Assembly: GCF_026210795.1 (NCBI RefSeq)
Contig: NC_089432.1
Location: 62,001-126,000, forward strand
DNA length: 64,000 bases
Direction: 5' to 3'
DNA from: Rhizophagus irregularis
Taxonomy: Eukaryota
The position numbers and the translations under genes were made by a program. The notes beneath the pieces were generated by a model. That model did no database searches. It was not told where the DNA came from and saw only the letters and a program-made list of their open reading frames with translations. Of the stretch, positions 10,956-22,570 are shown piece after piece; position 1 is the first letter of the stretch, and each line of letters begins with the position of its first letter.

Positions 10956-11636
10956 TAGTATCCCATCTTCTTTCGAATGGACGGTGGATCACTTTTTAGA
11001 CCGTCCCCAAGATCAAACACTACAAATTCACGTTGCAAAGTAAGATCATCAATTACTGGTGCTAATGACTCTGATTCTTCTGTATATAGGCGAATGATTC
11101 TCTTAGTATCTGTAAGGCTCCCATGACCTCCATGCAGTGAGATGTAGTTAACATTTTCTCGAATAGCCTTAGGAATGGCAAAGAATCTTTGAGCTACATA
11201 AATACATAAAATATTTTTGTGTCGTCCATGTGTAAAGTAACCAGTGATGAGATCCTGGATTTTTTTAGGTGCATCCATCAGATTCTCGAAGATTACCACA
11301 GTAGCTTGAGTAGGGTCAAAGGAGTCAATCTCTGGAATCTCACTATGGGTTACTGCAGTGAATGGGATCTTCTCCTCTTCGAAAAAATCAGCGTACAACT
11401 GCCTACTTTGGCTCGTCAAGATATCTGCCAACTAAAAGTACTGCATCACATAGTACATACCGATTACCATCCTCCTTTGCCTTCTTGTCACCCATTAACA
11501 AGTTAATGATCATAGTTGTCTTACCTGAGTCTGAGCTACCTGCTACGGCTAATCGAAAGGGCCATGATGGAGCAAACTCATTGCCTTGTCTTGAGTCAGT
11601 CGTGTACTCGTCCAAATTGTATACATAAAGATCCAT
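10955..11636 (-). pseudogene. A32/FtsK-HerA-like DNA packaging ATPase; stop plus frameshift near 11400
   Basis: Walker A AGSSDSGKTT, Walker B VVIFEN(L), FTHGRHKNI, YVAQRFFAIPKAIREN. Confidence 0.88.
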
Positions 11637-11667
11637 TTGAATTTTATTCTTACTTAGTTTAAATACT

Positions 11668-14435
11668 ATGTCGACATCAACACCAATTCCAGTTTATACT
11701 CCTTCAGAACCTACTGGACCGCCTCCTGCACACTTGGCTAATGAAGAAGACGATGATGAATTAGTTAGAATACTAAAGGCTCATGCAAATTTATTGACTA
11801 CCAGGGGTCGTTTAACTGTTGATTCAGAGATACAGGAGGCAAATAATCAAATCAAACATATTATTAATATATTAATGTATCGCTGTAAAGCAAAACATGA
11901 AGAACTTGGTATTACAAAAGATTTGTTAGTTTTTGCACAAGGTAAGATAAATGCATTTGATGAAACGTTTACTAATTTAGAACGTCAATTAGTTATTATA
12001 CGTGCTGCCAATGATAATTTCATAGAAGAAAACCATAACCTGCAAAGAGATTATGATACTATGGTAGAGCTTCGTCGACGGGCTATAGGTGAACGTAATC
12101 AGGCACGATATGAACGTAATGTATTACAAGCAGATTATACTCAAGCAGTAATGGATCGTAATGAGACTCAAAATGCTGTGAATCGTGGTAATATCCTTCT
12201 AAATCATTGGCGGCTAAGGCTACTCGGACTGGGGGACAACTTGTATTGGCTAATGCGCAACTTGGACAGGTTAATGCACAGCTAGCACATGCTAATAATA
12301 GGGTGCGTTTTGGAATTCAGACATTAGGGAGACTTAGGAATAGACTTTTCCAACAGATAGCTGCTCTTAGAATTCAGGTACAATGGTTTCGAATTAGACA
12401 ATTGAACCCTCCTCCACCTCTTTTAAACAATCCACTAGAGACAATATGGCTACCACTGCGATAGGATTGCCGATTTTTGAGGGTAAAGCTACTGATGATA
12501 TTGATACATTTGTTAGGCTTTATATGGGTTATCTTGATACTATTAATCTTAACCCATATGCTGCTGGAGGGCCACCAGAGTTTTGGAAAAGAGCTATGGG
12601 TATACTTAAAAGCTGCATGGCCGGTGAAGCAGCTGAATGGTTTGATCGAGAAATTACAGGAAAAAATTGGGAACTTTCTGGTATCACTTCAGCTGGTGGA
12701 GCTAATTTAGCTGCTTTTGTAGCATTAGTGATACCAGAAGGTGTAGGAGGACCGAATGTAGGTACCTATGTAAATGGGTCTGAAGCACAAATCTATTCAA
12801 GAGATCCAGTTAATGCATTAGTAACTATTAGAGCAGCATTTATTCCTACTCATGATTTAATGGGTGGAGATGAAGCTTGGAAAAGAGCTGGTGCTCGTCC
12901 CACGGCAGATAGAGCTGCTCCGGCTACTGCAGATGCTGGTGTTGCTGTTAATAATAATCATCCTATAGTTTTTCCAGGTATTAAACCTAATCAGGCGCTT
13001 TATTGGCTTAGAACACAATTTCCAACTGTTTTAGATGAAAAGAAACGTATCCGTTTTAACAGTCTTTACCAGGAAAATGAGCCAGTTGATGCATTTTATA
13101 GAACTGTAAAGAGGGCTGGAAAATTACTAAGACTAACTGATGATCTTATTATCGACCAGTTCTTTAGAGGTCTTTCGGCTGATAATATTTTTGAAGCAGA
13201 AAGGTTTCACAATCTTAATCCTGATGACTTGGTTAAACATCTGAGAAATTTAGAACGGAGAAGGGCTGAAATGCGCTTGGGGTTACAAGATAGAAATCGG
13301 CGACTTCGAGCAGATTACAGTGATGTAACTCAACCTCCATTAGGAAAACAGGAACCTGTCGTACTGACATCAAAGTCATCTGGGGTTACTCAAGAACAAT
13401 TACAAGAGTTGCTTAAGGCTCAGGCTGAAGAACTTACCAAGAATTTTCAGGTGCAATTTAAACAATTACAGGCTCGGCCAGTTTGTAATCCACCAGTCTA
13501 TAGACAGCAGATTAAACCTTTTCGACAAAAACCATAGAGACGTGTTATTCAGGATCATCAGGATCCTGATTGGGATGATGGTTATGTAGAACCTGATGTT
13601 GGTGATGACCCTGATGCTCCTGAGTGGACTTTGGATGATCATCAACATGCTATTGATCTTATTATGGGATATAAACGTGGGACGTCTAAAATACTTACAA
13701 ATCAACTTCAGAAGGCTAAAGATAGACGTGATGATCTGGATTTGGCCCGAGCAATGAGAAACCTCGATCTTAACGATGATGCTATGGACATTGATACTGT
13801 GAGTTTTGGTTAAAGATGGTCATCAGTCCTAAAAGACCACGATCTCGCGGTCCTACACCTTAAAAAGACGGACCGGTCCGTCTTGATGTAGTACCGTGGT
13901 CTTTCGGTCCTGTAACACGTACAATAAGACCGACGGTCTTTTTAAGGACTGCAGTCTTTTTAAGACCGATCAGTCTTTTTTCCTTTTTCTGCAAATAAAA
14001 AATTTTCTATTACTTTACTAGGAACAGTCTTCCTTTATAAATGAACACTAATTGTATAAATTTATAGGAACCATTCCAGACGTATATTATAAGCAAATAA
14101 CATGTATAAAGACGGATTTACTATACTTTATTAACGTTAATTTTCTTTTTTTCCTTGGAGACAGGGAGACAGTCTTTTCTAAAAGTTTCAATATGCATGT
14201 AATAACTTTTATATAAAGACCGATACAAAGACCAGGCCAGTCTCAGGACCGGTCCTACTGCGCCAAGAAAAAATGAAAGACCGCGGTCCGGTCCTACAAG
14301 TCCTGGGACCGACCGGTCCAGAACCGAGTAGGACCTGTAGGACCGATGACCATCTTTAGTTTTGGTGAAAAGGTAGAATTGAGAGAAAAAGATGGTGATG
14401 TCTATATGGTTCGTGTTAGGTCAAAAAAAAAGTAG
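11668..14435 (+). pseudogene. gag: Gag-like polyprotein (coiled coil + retrotransposon capsid-like domain), with two frameshifts, a stop and a MITE insertion
   Basis: LPIFEG..DDIDTF, MAGEAAEWF, MHR-like LYQENEPVDAFYRTV...IIDQFFRGL, AMDID; frame resumes after the MITE (FG/EKVEL...RSKKK*). Confidence 0.8.
13811..14358. mobile_element. hAT-like MITE inserted in the element A gag
   Basis: TIR TAAAGATGGTCATC(A/G)GTCCT; exact 8-bp TSD GTTTTGGT (13803-13810, 14359-14366); GGACC/GGTCC subterminal repeats. Confidence 0.92.
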
Positions 14436-15172
14436 GTTCGAGTATCTCAAAACTTCTTAAGTCGTCTCCAAATAAGACAGCAGTTAGCTCTTCTAGTGTA
14501 CCCTTGAAAGGCAAAGCAACTTCTGTTAAGATTCCTGTAAAAGTTACTGGTAGTAAGTCTACACCTGCAAAAGCTGTTACTAAGAATGACTTATTAAGCC
14601 TGTTAAGGTCTGCAGACTTTAGGAAATTACTCTGTGAGATTCTTCAGGAGGAGATGATGTCTGCTAGAAAAGTCACAGAGATTTCAGATGACTTAGCTGA
14701 GGAGGAACAAGAAGAGGATATCAGGGAATACGATCCTATGGATATTGATATAGCTCGTTTGGAGAATACTAAAGATCTTTTAGCACTGGATGGAGAGGTT
14801 AATGGGATAGCAATTCAGTGTTTAGCAGACACTTGTGCTAATGCGTCTTTTATTCAGAGAGAAGCTGCTGAGGAATTAGGGTTGAATATCGACAAGAGTA
14901 TTACATACAACATATCTGGTGCTCCAGGAACAGGTAGGACATTCGGCATGGTAAAGGGAGTGTCAATCAAACTTACCCCTGATTATGCTATCACTGAGGA
15001 TCTTGCAGTTTTAGATGGATACAAGCATAGGGAAATTGGATTGAGCCGGACGTGTCTGAAACGTTACAATTATGATGTCCATGAATCACGTGAACATGTC
15101 GCCCTTACCTGTGATGGGAAGAATATTTTTATCCCGATAGTTCCTGATGTGAATAGAGAAGACAAAAAATAA
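14423..15172 (+). CDS. Retropepsin-like aspartic protease in the -1 frame of gag
   Basis: EVNGIAIQCLADTCANASFIQREAAEELGL, ISGAPG flap, IGLSRTCL; frame open from the A9 run at 14423. Confidence 0.8.
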   Translation, partial: KKKVGSSISKLLKSSPNKTAVSSSSVPLKGKATSVKIPVKVTGSKSTPAKAVTKNDLLSLLRSADFRKLLCEILQEEMMSARKVTEISDDLAEEEQEEDIREYDPMDIDIARLENTKDLLALDGEVNGIAIQCLADTCANASFIQREAAEELGLNIDKSITYNISGAPGTGRTFGMVKGVSIKLTPDYAITEDLAVLDGYKHREIGLSRTCLKRYNYDVHESREHVALTCDGKNIFIPIVPDVNREDKK

Positions 15173-15197
15173 GACCCTTTAATTCTTCTATTTTTTT

Positions 15198-16289
15198 TTA
15201 TTTCCAAAATTTGCGAATTAAGTCAGGGATATCTTCCTTCAATTGGTCAGCAGGTTCCCAAGTGGCTTCTGTATCTGGGTATCGCTCCCACTTAACCAAA
15301 TACTGGTCTTGACCTTTTCTAATGCGATGCCGAAGTATCTGCTCAGGTACAAATCTTTCAGGTTGTCCTCTTATCACAGAGTCAAGTGGAGGCTTTTCAT
15401 TAATAGGAACTACTTGCAATTCCTTTCGGGTATATGCACATTTGGATACACCTAATCGACCATGTGGTCCATTAAGGAGATATGTAGGAGGCTGTTCAGG
15501 TGAGAGTATCATTTTTTTGATTACACGAATGTTTGGGTTCCATCTTATGTCTCCTGTACAGAATTTTCCGTGAAGTTTGTTACCAAGTACAGAAATAGGT
15601 TCATCTAACTTGACTCTGACACGTGTTCCTTCAGAGAGGAGGTCTGTCTTTTTTGACACTTTGGGTGACCCTGTCGGAATGTCTGGGGGATTTCTCTGCT
15701 AGAGTTCATTTACTTTACTCACTATATTATGGAAATCTTCTGACCATTCCACGGATGTCACCCCAGTTTTCAACTCCTGTGCTACCATTCGTTTAAGAAG
15801 GGGTTCTTGGATGGCTTGGATAGCTCTTTCAGCATAAGATTGCTGTTTATGCCTTCCTGGTTCGCCGAACCTCATCATTACCCCTAGGCTGTTCAGGAAA
15901 AAATCACGTACCTGGTCGTTAGTGAATTCTGATCCGGAGTCCGTCTCCAGTCGGTGTGTTGGAGGCTTGATACGATTTCTTTTGTAGATTTTGACAAACC
16001 CGTTTAGAACTCTATTTGCAGTCTTATCCTTTAGGGGTTCTGCATCGACTCTCTTTCCTGCAACTTCCACCACTACGAGAAAATAGTGGAATCCTTTGGG
16101 GTCAACTGGCATCTCTGCAAGATCTGCCTGATGTGTTGCATTTGGTTTCCATACAATTACCTTTGGGCGTTCTGTTGACTTTTCCTTTAGGGGCTTTTTG
16201 TATAGGTTGTAATGCTCTTCACCTTTTAAAATTCGTACTGGTACTCTGGATAGACTGTAGTACTTGTAGTAATTCTCTAATTGTGACAT
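15198..16289 (-). pseudogene. Retroviral-type (rve) DDE integrase with C-terminal chromodomain; one in-frame TAG
   Basis: HQADL, ETDSGSEF, AERAIQ; ORFs 15699-16325 and 15198-15659 are in frame; chromodomain PEQILRHR...YLVKWERYPDTEATWEP. Confidence 0.92.
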
Positions 16290-16333
16290 ATTACGACAAA
16301 TTAAAGGAAAGATTTCAGACTTCAAATCTCAAG

Positions 16334-16654
16334 ATGTCACGATTTTACTGTCTAAAGTGCAAGAAGGAAACTGAGACTGCTAGTGAAATACAAGATATGA
16401 CTACAAATGGGCGTTATCGGCTGCATGGTGACTGCACAATTTGTGGTATGCATAAGAATACTTTTACTGGAATAGACTGGGTGATCAAGAAGAAGACTAA
16501 GGAGAAAAAGAAAGAAACCGCTGCTAAGAGACAGCAGACAGCTTACAATCGGCAATGCAAAAAACTTGGACAGAAAATCATAGATTCTGATGACGCGTGT
16601 AAACAGTGTATTGATAAATGCCTTAAAGAGGCAAAAAAGAGGAAGACGGATTAG
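16334..16654 (+). CDS. Small zinc-ribbon protein (DUF5679-like)
   Basis: MSRFYCLKCKKET...TTNGRYRLHGDCTICGMHK. Confidence 0.65.
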   Translation: MSRFYCLKCKKETETASEIQDMTTNGRYRLHGDCTICGMHKNTFTGIDWVIKKKTKEKKKETAAKRQQTAYNRQCKKLGQKIIDSDDACKQCIDKCLKEAKKRKTD

Positions 16655-16694
16655 TACTACCTTCTAAAAGTATTCTTTATCATCTGAATCATCT

Positions 16695-17156
16695 TGGTAT
16701 ACCCATTGTTCAATTACTTATTTTTTCTGATGGGGGCGGGACGGGGTTGGTCTATAGACCTTCTAGGGGTTTACCTGTTAATCTACCTGGTTTGCTATCT
16801 CATTAGCTTATACAGATGATCAGACGGAATCCTGTACATGTGGAAGATGTTCTGGATGTGAAGGATCTGGGGGGGTAAAATCAAAACTTTTTTCTGGGGG
16901 AATCCCTCTCCCGATATTTTTAAAATATCCTCCACATCCTCCACATCCTCCACACTCTTCTGATTCCCTCTTATTTTCCTCTCTTTTCCCTTATTTTATC
17001 TTTTTTTGTTATATATTTTTGTGGAGGATCTATGTGGAGGATTGTGGAGGATATATGGGGGATTCCTGAGCCCCGTAGGGGTCGCTATAGGTCTTGCGAC
17101 GGGTCGTAGACCCGGAGGTGAGTGGTGCTTGCACCTCCCACATCCAGCCCGACGAC
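16695..17156 (-). repeat. Right TIR of element A
   Basis: Reverse complement of 2028-2487; ends CCAGCCCGACGAC. Confidence 0.95.
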
Positions 17157-18030
17157 GTACAAATCTTTATAATTTTTTTTTTAATTTTATTAATGAACGG
17201 TTACTAATAACTGTTCTTTTCTTTTTTTATAGGTTCGGGTGGACTTCCAAAGAACGGAAAAAGGAGAACCTTTAAGATTCGTAAGTAATATACTTACGAA
17301 TCTTTTTTTTAATATTATGGAACAGTTACTAACTGTTCCTTTGATTTTTTTTTTATAGGTTCGGGTGGATTTCCGTCTTTCCAAGGAACGGAAAAAACTA
17401 AAGATTCAGTATGAATCTTTATTTTTTTATTTTTGTTTATTATTACGAACGGTTTCTAACCATTTTTTTCTTTTTTTTTTAGGTCAGTGTCTTCCGAAGA
17501 ATGGAAAAAACCAAGATTCGTAAATACGAATCTTGGTTTTATTTTTATTTTTTTTTATAATATTAACGAACGGTTACTGATAACTGTTCTTATTTTATTT
17601 TTTTAGCTCAGTAGGCTTCTGAAGAATAACGGAAAACTAAGATTCGTAAGTAAGTATGAATCTTGGTTCTTTTTTTTATTTTTTATTTTTATTTTTTATT
17701 ACTACGAACGGTTTACTAATAACTGTTCTTTTCTTTTTGTAGGTTTTGGAATCTTTAGAAAAGTGGAACCAAGATTCGTAAGTACGAATCTTGGTTTATT
17801 TTTTATTTTTTTTAATATTATTATAAACGGTTATTAATAACCGCTCTTTTTTTTTCTTTTTATAGGTTTGGTGTCTCAAGTGGATTCCGATAAACAGAAA
17901 AAACCAAAGATTCGTAAGTAGAATCTTGGGTTTTTTTGCTTTTTTTTAATATTATGGAATAGTTCTAACCGTTCTTTTCTTTTTTTTATAGTTTTGGTGG
18001 GTTTCCAAAAGATCAAGATTCATAAGTATA
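17157..18030 (+). repeat. Exon/intron-like tandem array 1, right part
   Basis: Same AAGATTCGTAAGT...ACTAA...TAG units as 890-2027. Confidence 0.85.
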
Positions 18031-19597
18031 TACGAATACATGAATTATGTGATTGTGGAATTGTAGATTAGCAATACTTATTTGTAATATGCATTTATAA
18101 ATAAAATTGTGATTTTATTGCGAATATCAAATAAAATGAGTTGTGGCTGAATATTAGTAAATAAATTTAGTACAAATTTGCAATATAAATTAAGTAATAT
18201 TCAGAAAACTATTCACCAAAATTTGCTATCTGAAATTGTTCTGAATGTTAACTGAATTTTGGCCAAAATTTCAAGCTGAACTTTAGGCGAGTGGCAGCGA
18301 ATTGCAGCTAAAAAATCTGCTAAAGTTTGACCAGCATTAGACCATAAATCAGCTTAAAATCGGCTGGCTGAATTTTGGCCGATTTGGACTATTTTGACCA
18401 GTGGCAAAAATTATCCAATGGATTTAAAGAACTTATAAGTCAATACCTGAAATTTGGGCAAAACGAGTTTAAAATATGATGAGAAATGATAATACTTCTG
18501 ACGAGAAGAAGTATTTAGGTATAATTTCTCATGATATAAGAATTCCTAATGATTGATATGTAGACTATTTTGGTCAAAGAATTCTAATTAGAGATGTACC
18601 TGTACATCATCAAAATGATCCTAGATTGCGTGGTTTGTATTATTATTATATTTTACATGACTGGGCAGAAAAGAAGAAAGACCAGTTATATGTTCGACTA
18701 ACTACTAGGCCTACATTAAATTTAAAATCTTGTATTAATTCTTCTGTACCCTTATCAAGAATAGAAAATTTTGATCTTGCGCAAGAAGATTTTGAAAATA
18801 ATAACAAGACAGAAATTACATATAAATTTCCTAAAATTGGTAGAAAATATACAAATAAATGTGAAAATAAAGAAGTTAATGTTAATGTAAATAATCAAAG
18901 CAGAAAAAAATCCAAAAATCATAGAGCTATTTTAGAAAATACAATTCAAAAGTGGATAGAGTAACAAGAAATTAAGTAAATAGAATTTGACAAAAGAAGA
19001 AAAGAAAAGAAAAAAGAGATCAGAGGGAAAATTCAGAATTGTTTACAATGAAACATCAATCAGATATAATGTTATTTGATTTATTAAATAATATTATAGA
19101 ATGTTTGAATTCTTCTCAAGGAAATTCAAATAATCAATCAGAAAAAAATTTACAAGGTATTTATTATTAATTCCGATGGTAATATTAAGTTTATTTTTAT
19201 GTTGCGTTCAAATTCAAATGTTTGTGTTATGTTCAAATCTGATTTTTGTGTCATATTTAAATTTTTGTCACATTTAAATTTTGATTTTTGTATCACGTAT
19301 AAATTCTAATTTTTATTTTACAATCAAAATTTGATTTTTTATATTAAATTCAATTCTAATTTTAATTCAATTTATAGATAATTTACCTTAATTTTCTTCA
19401 AATTTTATGTATTTGCAAAGAAATTTATAAACATCTTTACTATCTTTTGCACAATTGAATGATTCTGAATATAAAAGTGATAAAATGATAATTCACTTAA
19501 TAATAAATAATAATGTAATTCTTTTAATTGTTTTATGAAATAAATTGGAAAATATATATTTGTAACAATTTTTTTAATTCATTGATTTATTACTTAA

Positions 19598-20669
19598 TTT
19601 GTGATCCGCCTCAGAACCAGTGAAAGGTACTAATATATATCGGGGAACTATTATAGAGATTAATATTTCTTAAATAATTTTTTCGTGCAAATTTATCAAA
19701 TTTTTTTTAAATAAAAATGTTTGAAATGTTTAAAAAAATATAATTAAATTTTAATATAATCTTTGTAACTGTTGTATTTTTGGGCAAATTCAACATTTAT
19801 GCATTATTAAGGGTTAGGGCTGGAATCTGACATTGCTAAAGAAAAAATTTTTTAATTAATGGTGCTATGACAAAAATATTGTTATATTTAAATTTTTGTA
19901 ATTTTAAGCCATCATTTGATTAAAATCTTCAAATAATTTTAGCTCAATTCCAATTTCAAATTTAGTTATAATTTGTTATATTTGTAAATGTGTGATTTCT
20001 CACCATCTAGTGATCTTATAAGGATGAATTATAGCTCTTTGGAATCCTCTCATTATGATGAATTGAATGGTGGTAATTTCATATCTCTATCATCGATATA
20101 TAACTGGTTAATAATATGTTAATATTAAATAATTGCACATAATTGTTGTGTTATATATTGATTATAGAGATATAGAATTACCACCATTCAATTCATCATA
20201 ATGAGAGGATTCCAAAGAGCTATAATTCATCCTTATAGGATCACTAGATGGTGAGAAATCACATATTTACAAATATAACAAATTATAACTAAATTTGAAA
20301 TTGGAATTGAACTAAAATTATTTGAAGATTTTTAATCCAAAAGTAATGTAAATGATGGCTTAAATTACAAAAATTTAAATATAATAATATTTTTGTCATA
20401 GCACCATTAATTAAAAAATTTTTCTTTAGCAACGTCAGATTCCAGCTCCTAACCCTTAAAAATGCATAGATGTTGAATTTGCCCAAAGATACAACAGTTA
20501 CAAAGACTATATTAAAATTTAATTATATTTTTTAAACATTTCAAACATTTTTATTTAAAAAAATTTTGATAAATTTACACAAAAAAATTATTTAAGAAAT
20601 AATTGATTTACTATAGTAGTTCCCCGATATGTATTAGTACCTTTCACTAGTTCTGAGACGGATCACGAA
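19598..20669. mobile_element. ~1.07-kb foldback (palindromic) element flanked by TTAA
   Basis: Arms TTTGTGATCCGCCTCAGAACCAGTGAAAGGTACTAA and TTAGTACCTTTCACTAGTTCTGAGACGGATCACGAA, inverted over ~500 bp. Confidence 0.8.
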
Positions 20670-20699
20670 TTAATTATTATTTGTATTTAAATATCTTCT

Positions 20700-21060
20700 C
20701 TGATGATTATTCTATAATAAATCACATATTGCATTTCTTATAGTATTACCTTCTAATGTTTTATTAACATTTGTTTCACTATTTACATCAGTTTCTGTAT
20801 CATAATATTGTTCTTCTGGTAGTAAAAAATTACGTCTTTATTTACAAATATTATGAAGTATATAACAAGTAGTTATAATATCATGTGGTATTATTTCAAA
20901 TGAAATTTCTAAACTGTAAAGAAAACATCTTCACCTACTCTTTAATAACCCAAAAGCTTGTTCTACTTTGATTCTTATTTGTAAATGTTTACAATTAAAA
21001 TATGTTTGTTTTTGAATTAATTCTCTACCTACTGTATATCTTTATAAGAAACTATTAACC
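20700..21060 (-). pseudogene. PIF/Harbinger DDE transposase C-terminal remnant
   Basis: Minus strand reads FNCKHLQIRIKVEQAFGLLKSR*RC...IITTCYILHNIC. Confidence 0.7.
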
Positions 21061-21431
21061 AATCATTAAGATGCATCAATTGTGGTAATTTTATATTTTT
21101 AGAATTAATGGATAAAAAGATATTTCAATTTGAAAAATTTAGCTACTATTTGTTATAATTTGTCAATCATTTACTTTTAAAAAATCATTAATTAAATTGA
21201 TAAAAATATTGGTTTATGTAATAAAATATTTTAAGATATTTAAAAGTATCTTTAATTAAAAAATAAAATTGCAGGCAAATTTAGCTGCAAAACAGTTTAA
21301 GGGATAAGTATTGTATTGAAAAAAATGGTATTTAAATAAATAAAATAGATTTTAAAAAACAAAAATATATAAAGTTTTTATAATATATAAAGAAAATTTA
21401 TGTTAATATAAATATAAAAAATTATTATTTA

Positions 21432-21865
21432 TTATAGTGGCTATCACCTATAAATCGCTAATATTGTGTGACTTCAAATTTTTATAAATTGTAAATTAAA
21501 TAGTAAAAAGAAAAAATTAAACTGATAAAATGATAGAGCAATATGTACTGAACATTTCTATCAGATTATTTTATAGAATTTAATAAGAATTTTAATTAAT
21601 ATTATACGTTAAAGTTGGATAATTTTAATAAGTAGCAATAATAAAAACATAAAATTTTGGACTAGTTTTCATGTAATTTTTATGGATTTTACAAAATTCC
21701 ATGGAAATCTACAAAAATTCCATGTAATATGGCAAAAAAAATTATGCCGCTCATGTGGCAATTATTATATTTTAACAAAGTACTTTAAAAAATAAGTTAC
21801 ACAATATAAATAAATAAAATTTCAAATTTCGAACTATTGTTATTTATAGGTGACAGCCACCATAG
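21432..21865. mobile_element. MITE with TA flanks
   Basis: TIR (T/C)TAT(A/G)GTGGCT(A/G)TCACCTATAAAT. Confidence 0.6.
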
Positions 21866-22570
21866 TAATTATGATACCCTTAAAAAATATGATATGATTA
21901 CTGACTAATATATTTAAAGAATAAATCATTCCTTATCTGATAATATTTACATAAGGCTATTTGGTTAGAAAGAAAAATATATAGACAGATTGTCTATTGA
22001 ATTTATTTTTTAGTTTCACACCATTCCATATTTGATTATATTTACATATGGCAAAGTTTATTTGAAAGAAAAATATATAGATTTCTTTTAGTAGTTTTAA
22101 CGAATTATAGATATTTTAGTCGTTTCATCATTCTATATTTGATAATATGTACATACAGCTTTTTTAATAAAGAAAGAATCATACATGCACGTTATTTATA
22201 ACGTGTAGTGATTAAAAATTTTTTTAGTTAAAATTATACAGGAGTATTTAAGAGATGATATAGATATACAAGAATTAAAAAGTAAAATTAATGGGCTTGG
22301 TATGTGGGAAATTGGATGCTCATATAATTTTACATTTTTAATAAAGAATCAAGTCAGTTGTCAGTTAATAGAATTTAATAGAATTTTTAAGGTGCTTTAA
22401 AATAACTGAAGAAAAATTGTTATATAAAGTGCTAAAGCAAATAACTGGGAGAGTTTTATTAGAATTCAAAGTGCTTATTTGGGAACCAAGGAACGAGTTA
22501 CAAATAAAGGAAGAAATGCGGTGCGGTATTAGCGGTAAAGATAAAAAAGCTAAGTCACATAGTAAACACA

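Larger units (their letters stand above)
2028..17156. mobile_element. Polinton/Maverick-like element A (helicase, pPolB, ATPase, Gag, aspartic protease, integrase-chromodomain)
   Basis: TIRs 2028-2487 and 16695-17156; direct repeat GTACA at 2023-2027 and 17157-17161, whose removal restores the host unit AAGATTCGTAAGTACAAATCTTT; gene content listed below. Confidence 0.92.
535..18403. mobile_element. Non-autonomous CACTA/CACTG (CMC)-type element that hosts element A
   Basis: Termini CACTGGTCGAAATA ... TATTTTGACCAGTG; 3-bp TSD GCA (532-534, 18404-18406); interior is a tandem array interrupted by element A. Confidence 0.75.

Noticed and set aside
12200..12464. Programmed frameshifts within the gag coiled-coil region (also near 45630 and 46830)
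   Set aside because: No slippery heptamers and positions differ between the elements; treated as mutations or sequencing errors.
11668..15172. An LTR retrotransposon nested inside a Polinton (also 45107-48099)
   Set aside because: No LTRs, PBS/PPT, RT or RNase H, or flanking TSD seen. The integrases are on the opposite strand and Polinton-like, and the layout recurs in two divergent elements. Not formally excluded without sister copies.
16016..16333. N-terminal half of the 212-aa ORF 16016-16654
   Set aside because: It is antisense to the integrase; the credible gene starts at ATG 16334.
18400..19150. ORF 18626-18964 as a gene
   Set aside because: Stop-riddled surroundings and no recognisable motif; probably a decayed fragment.
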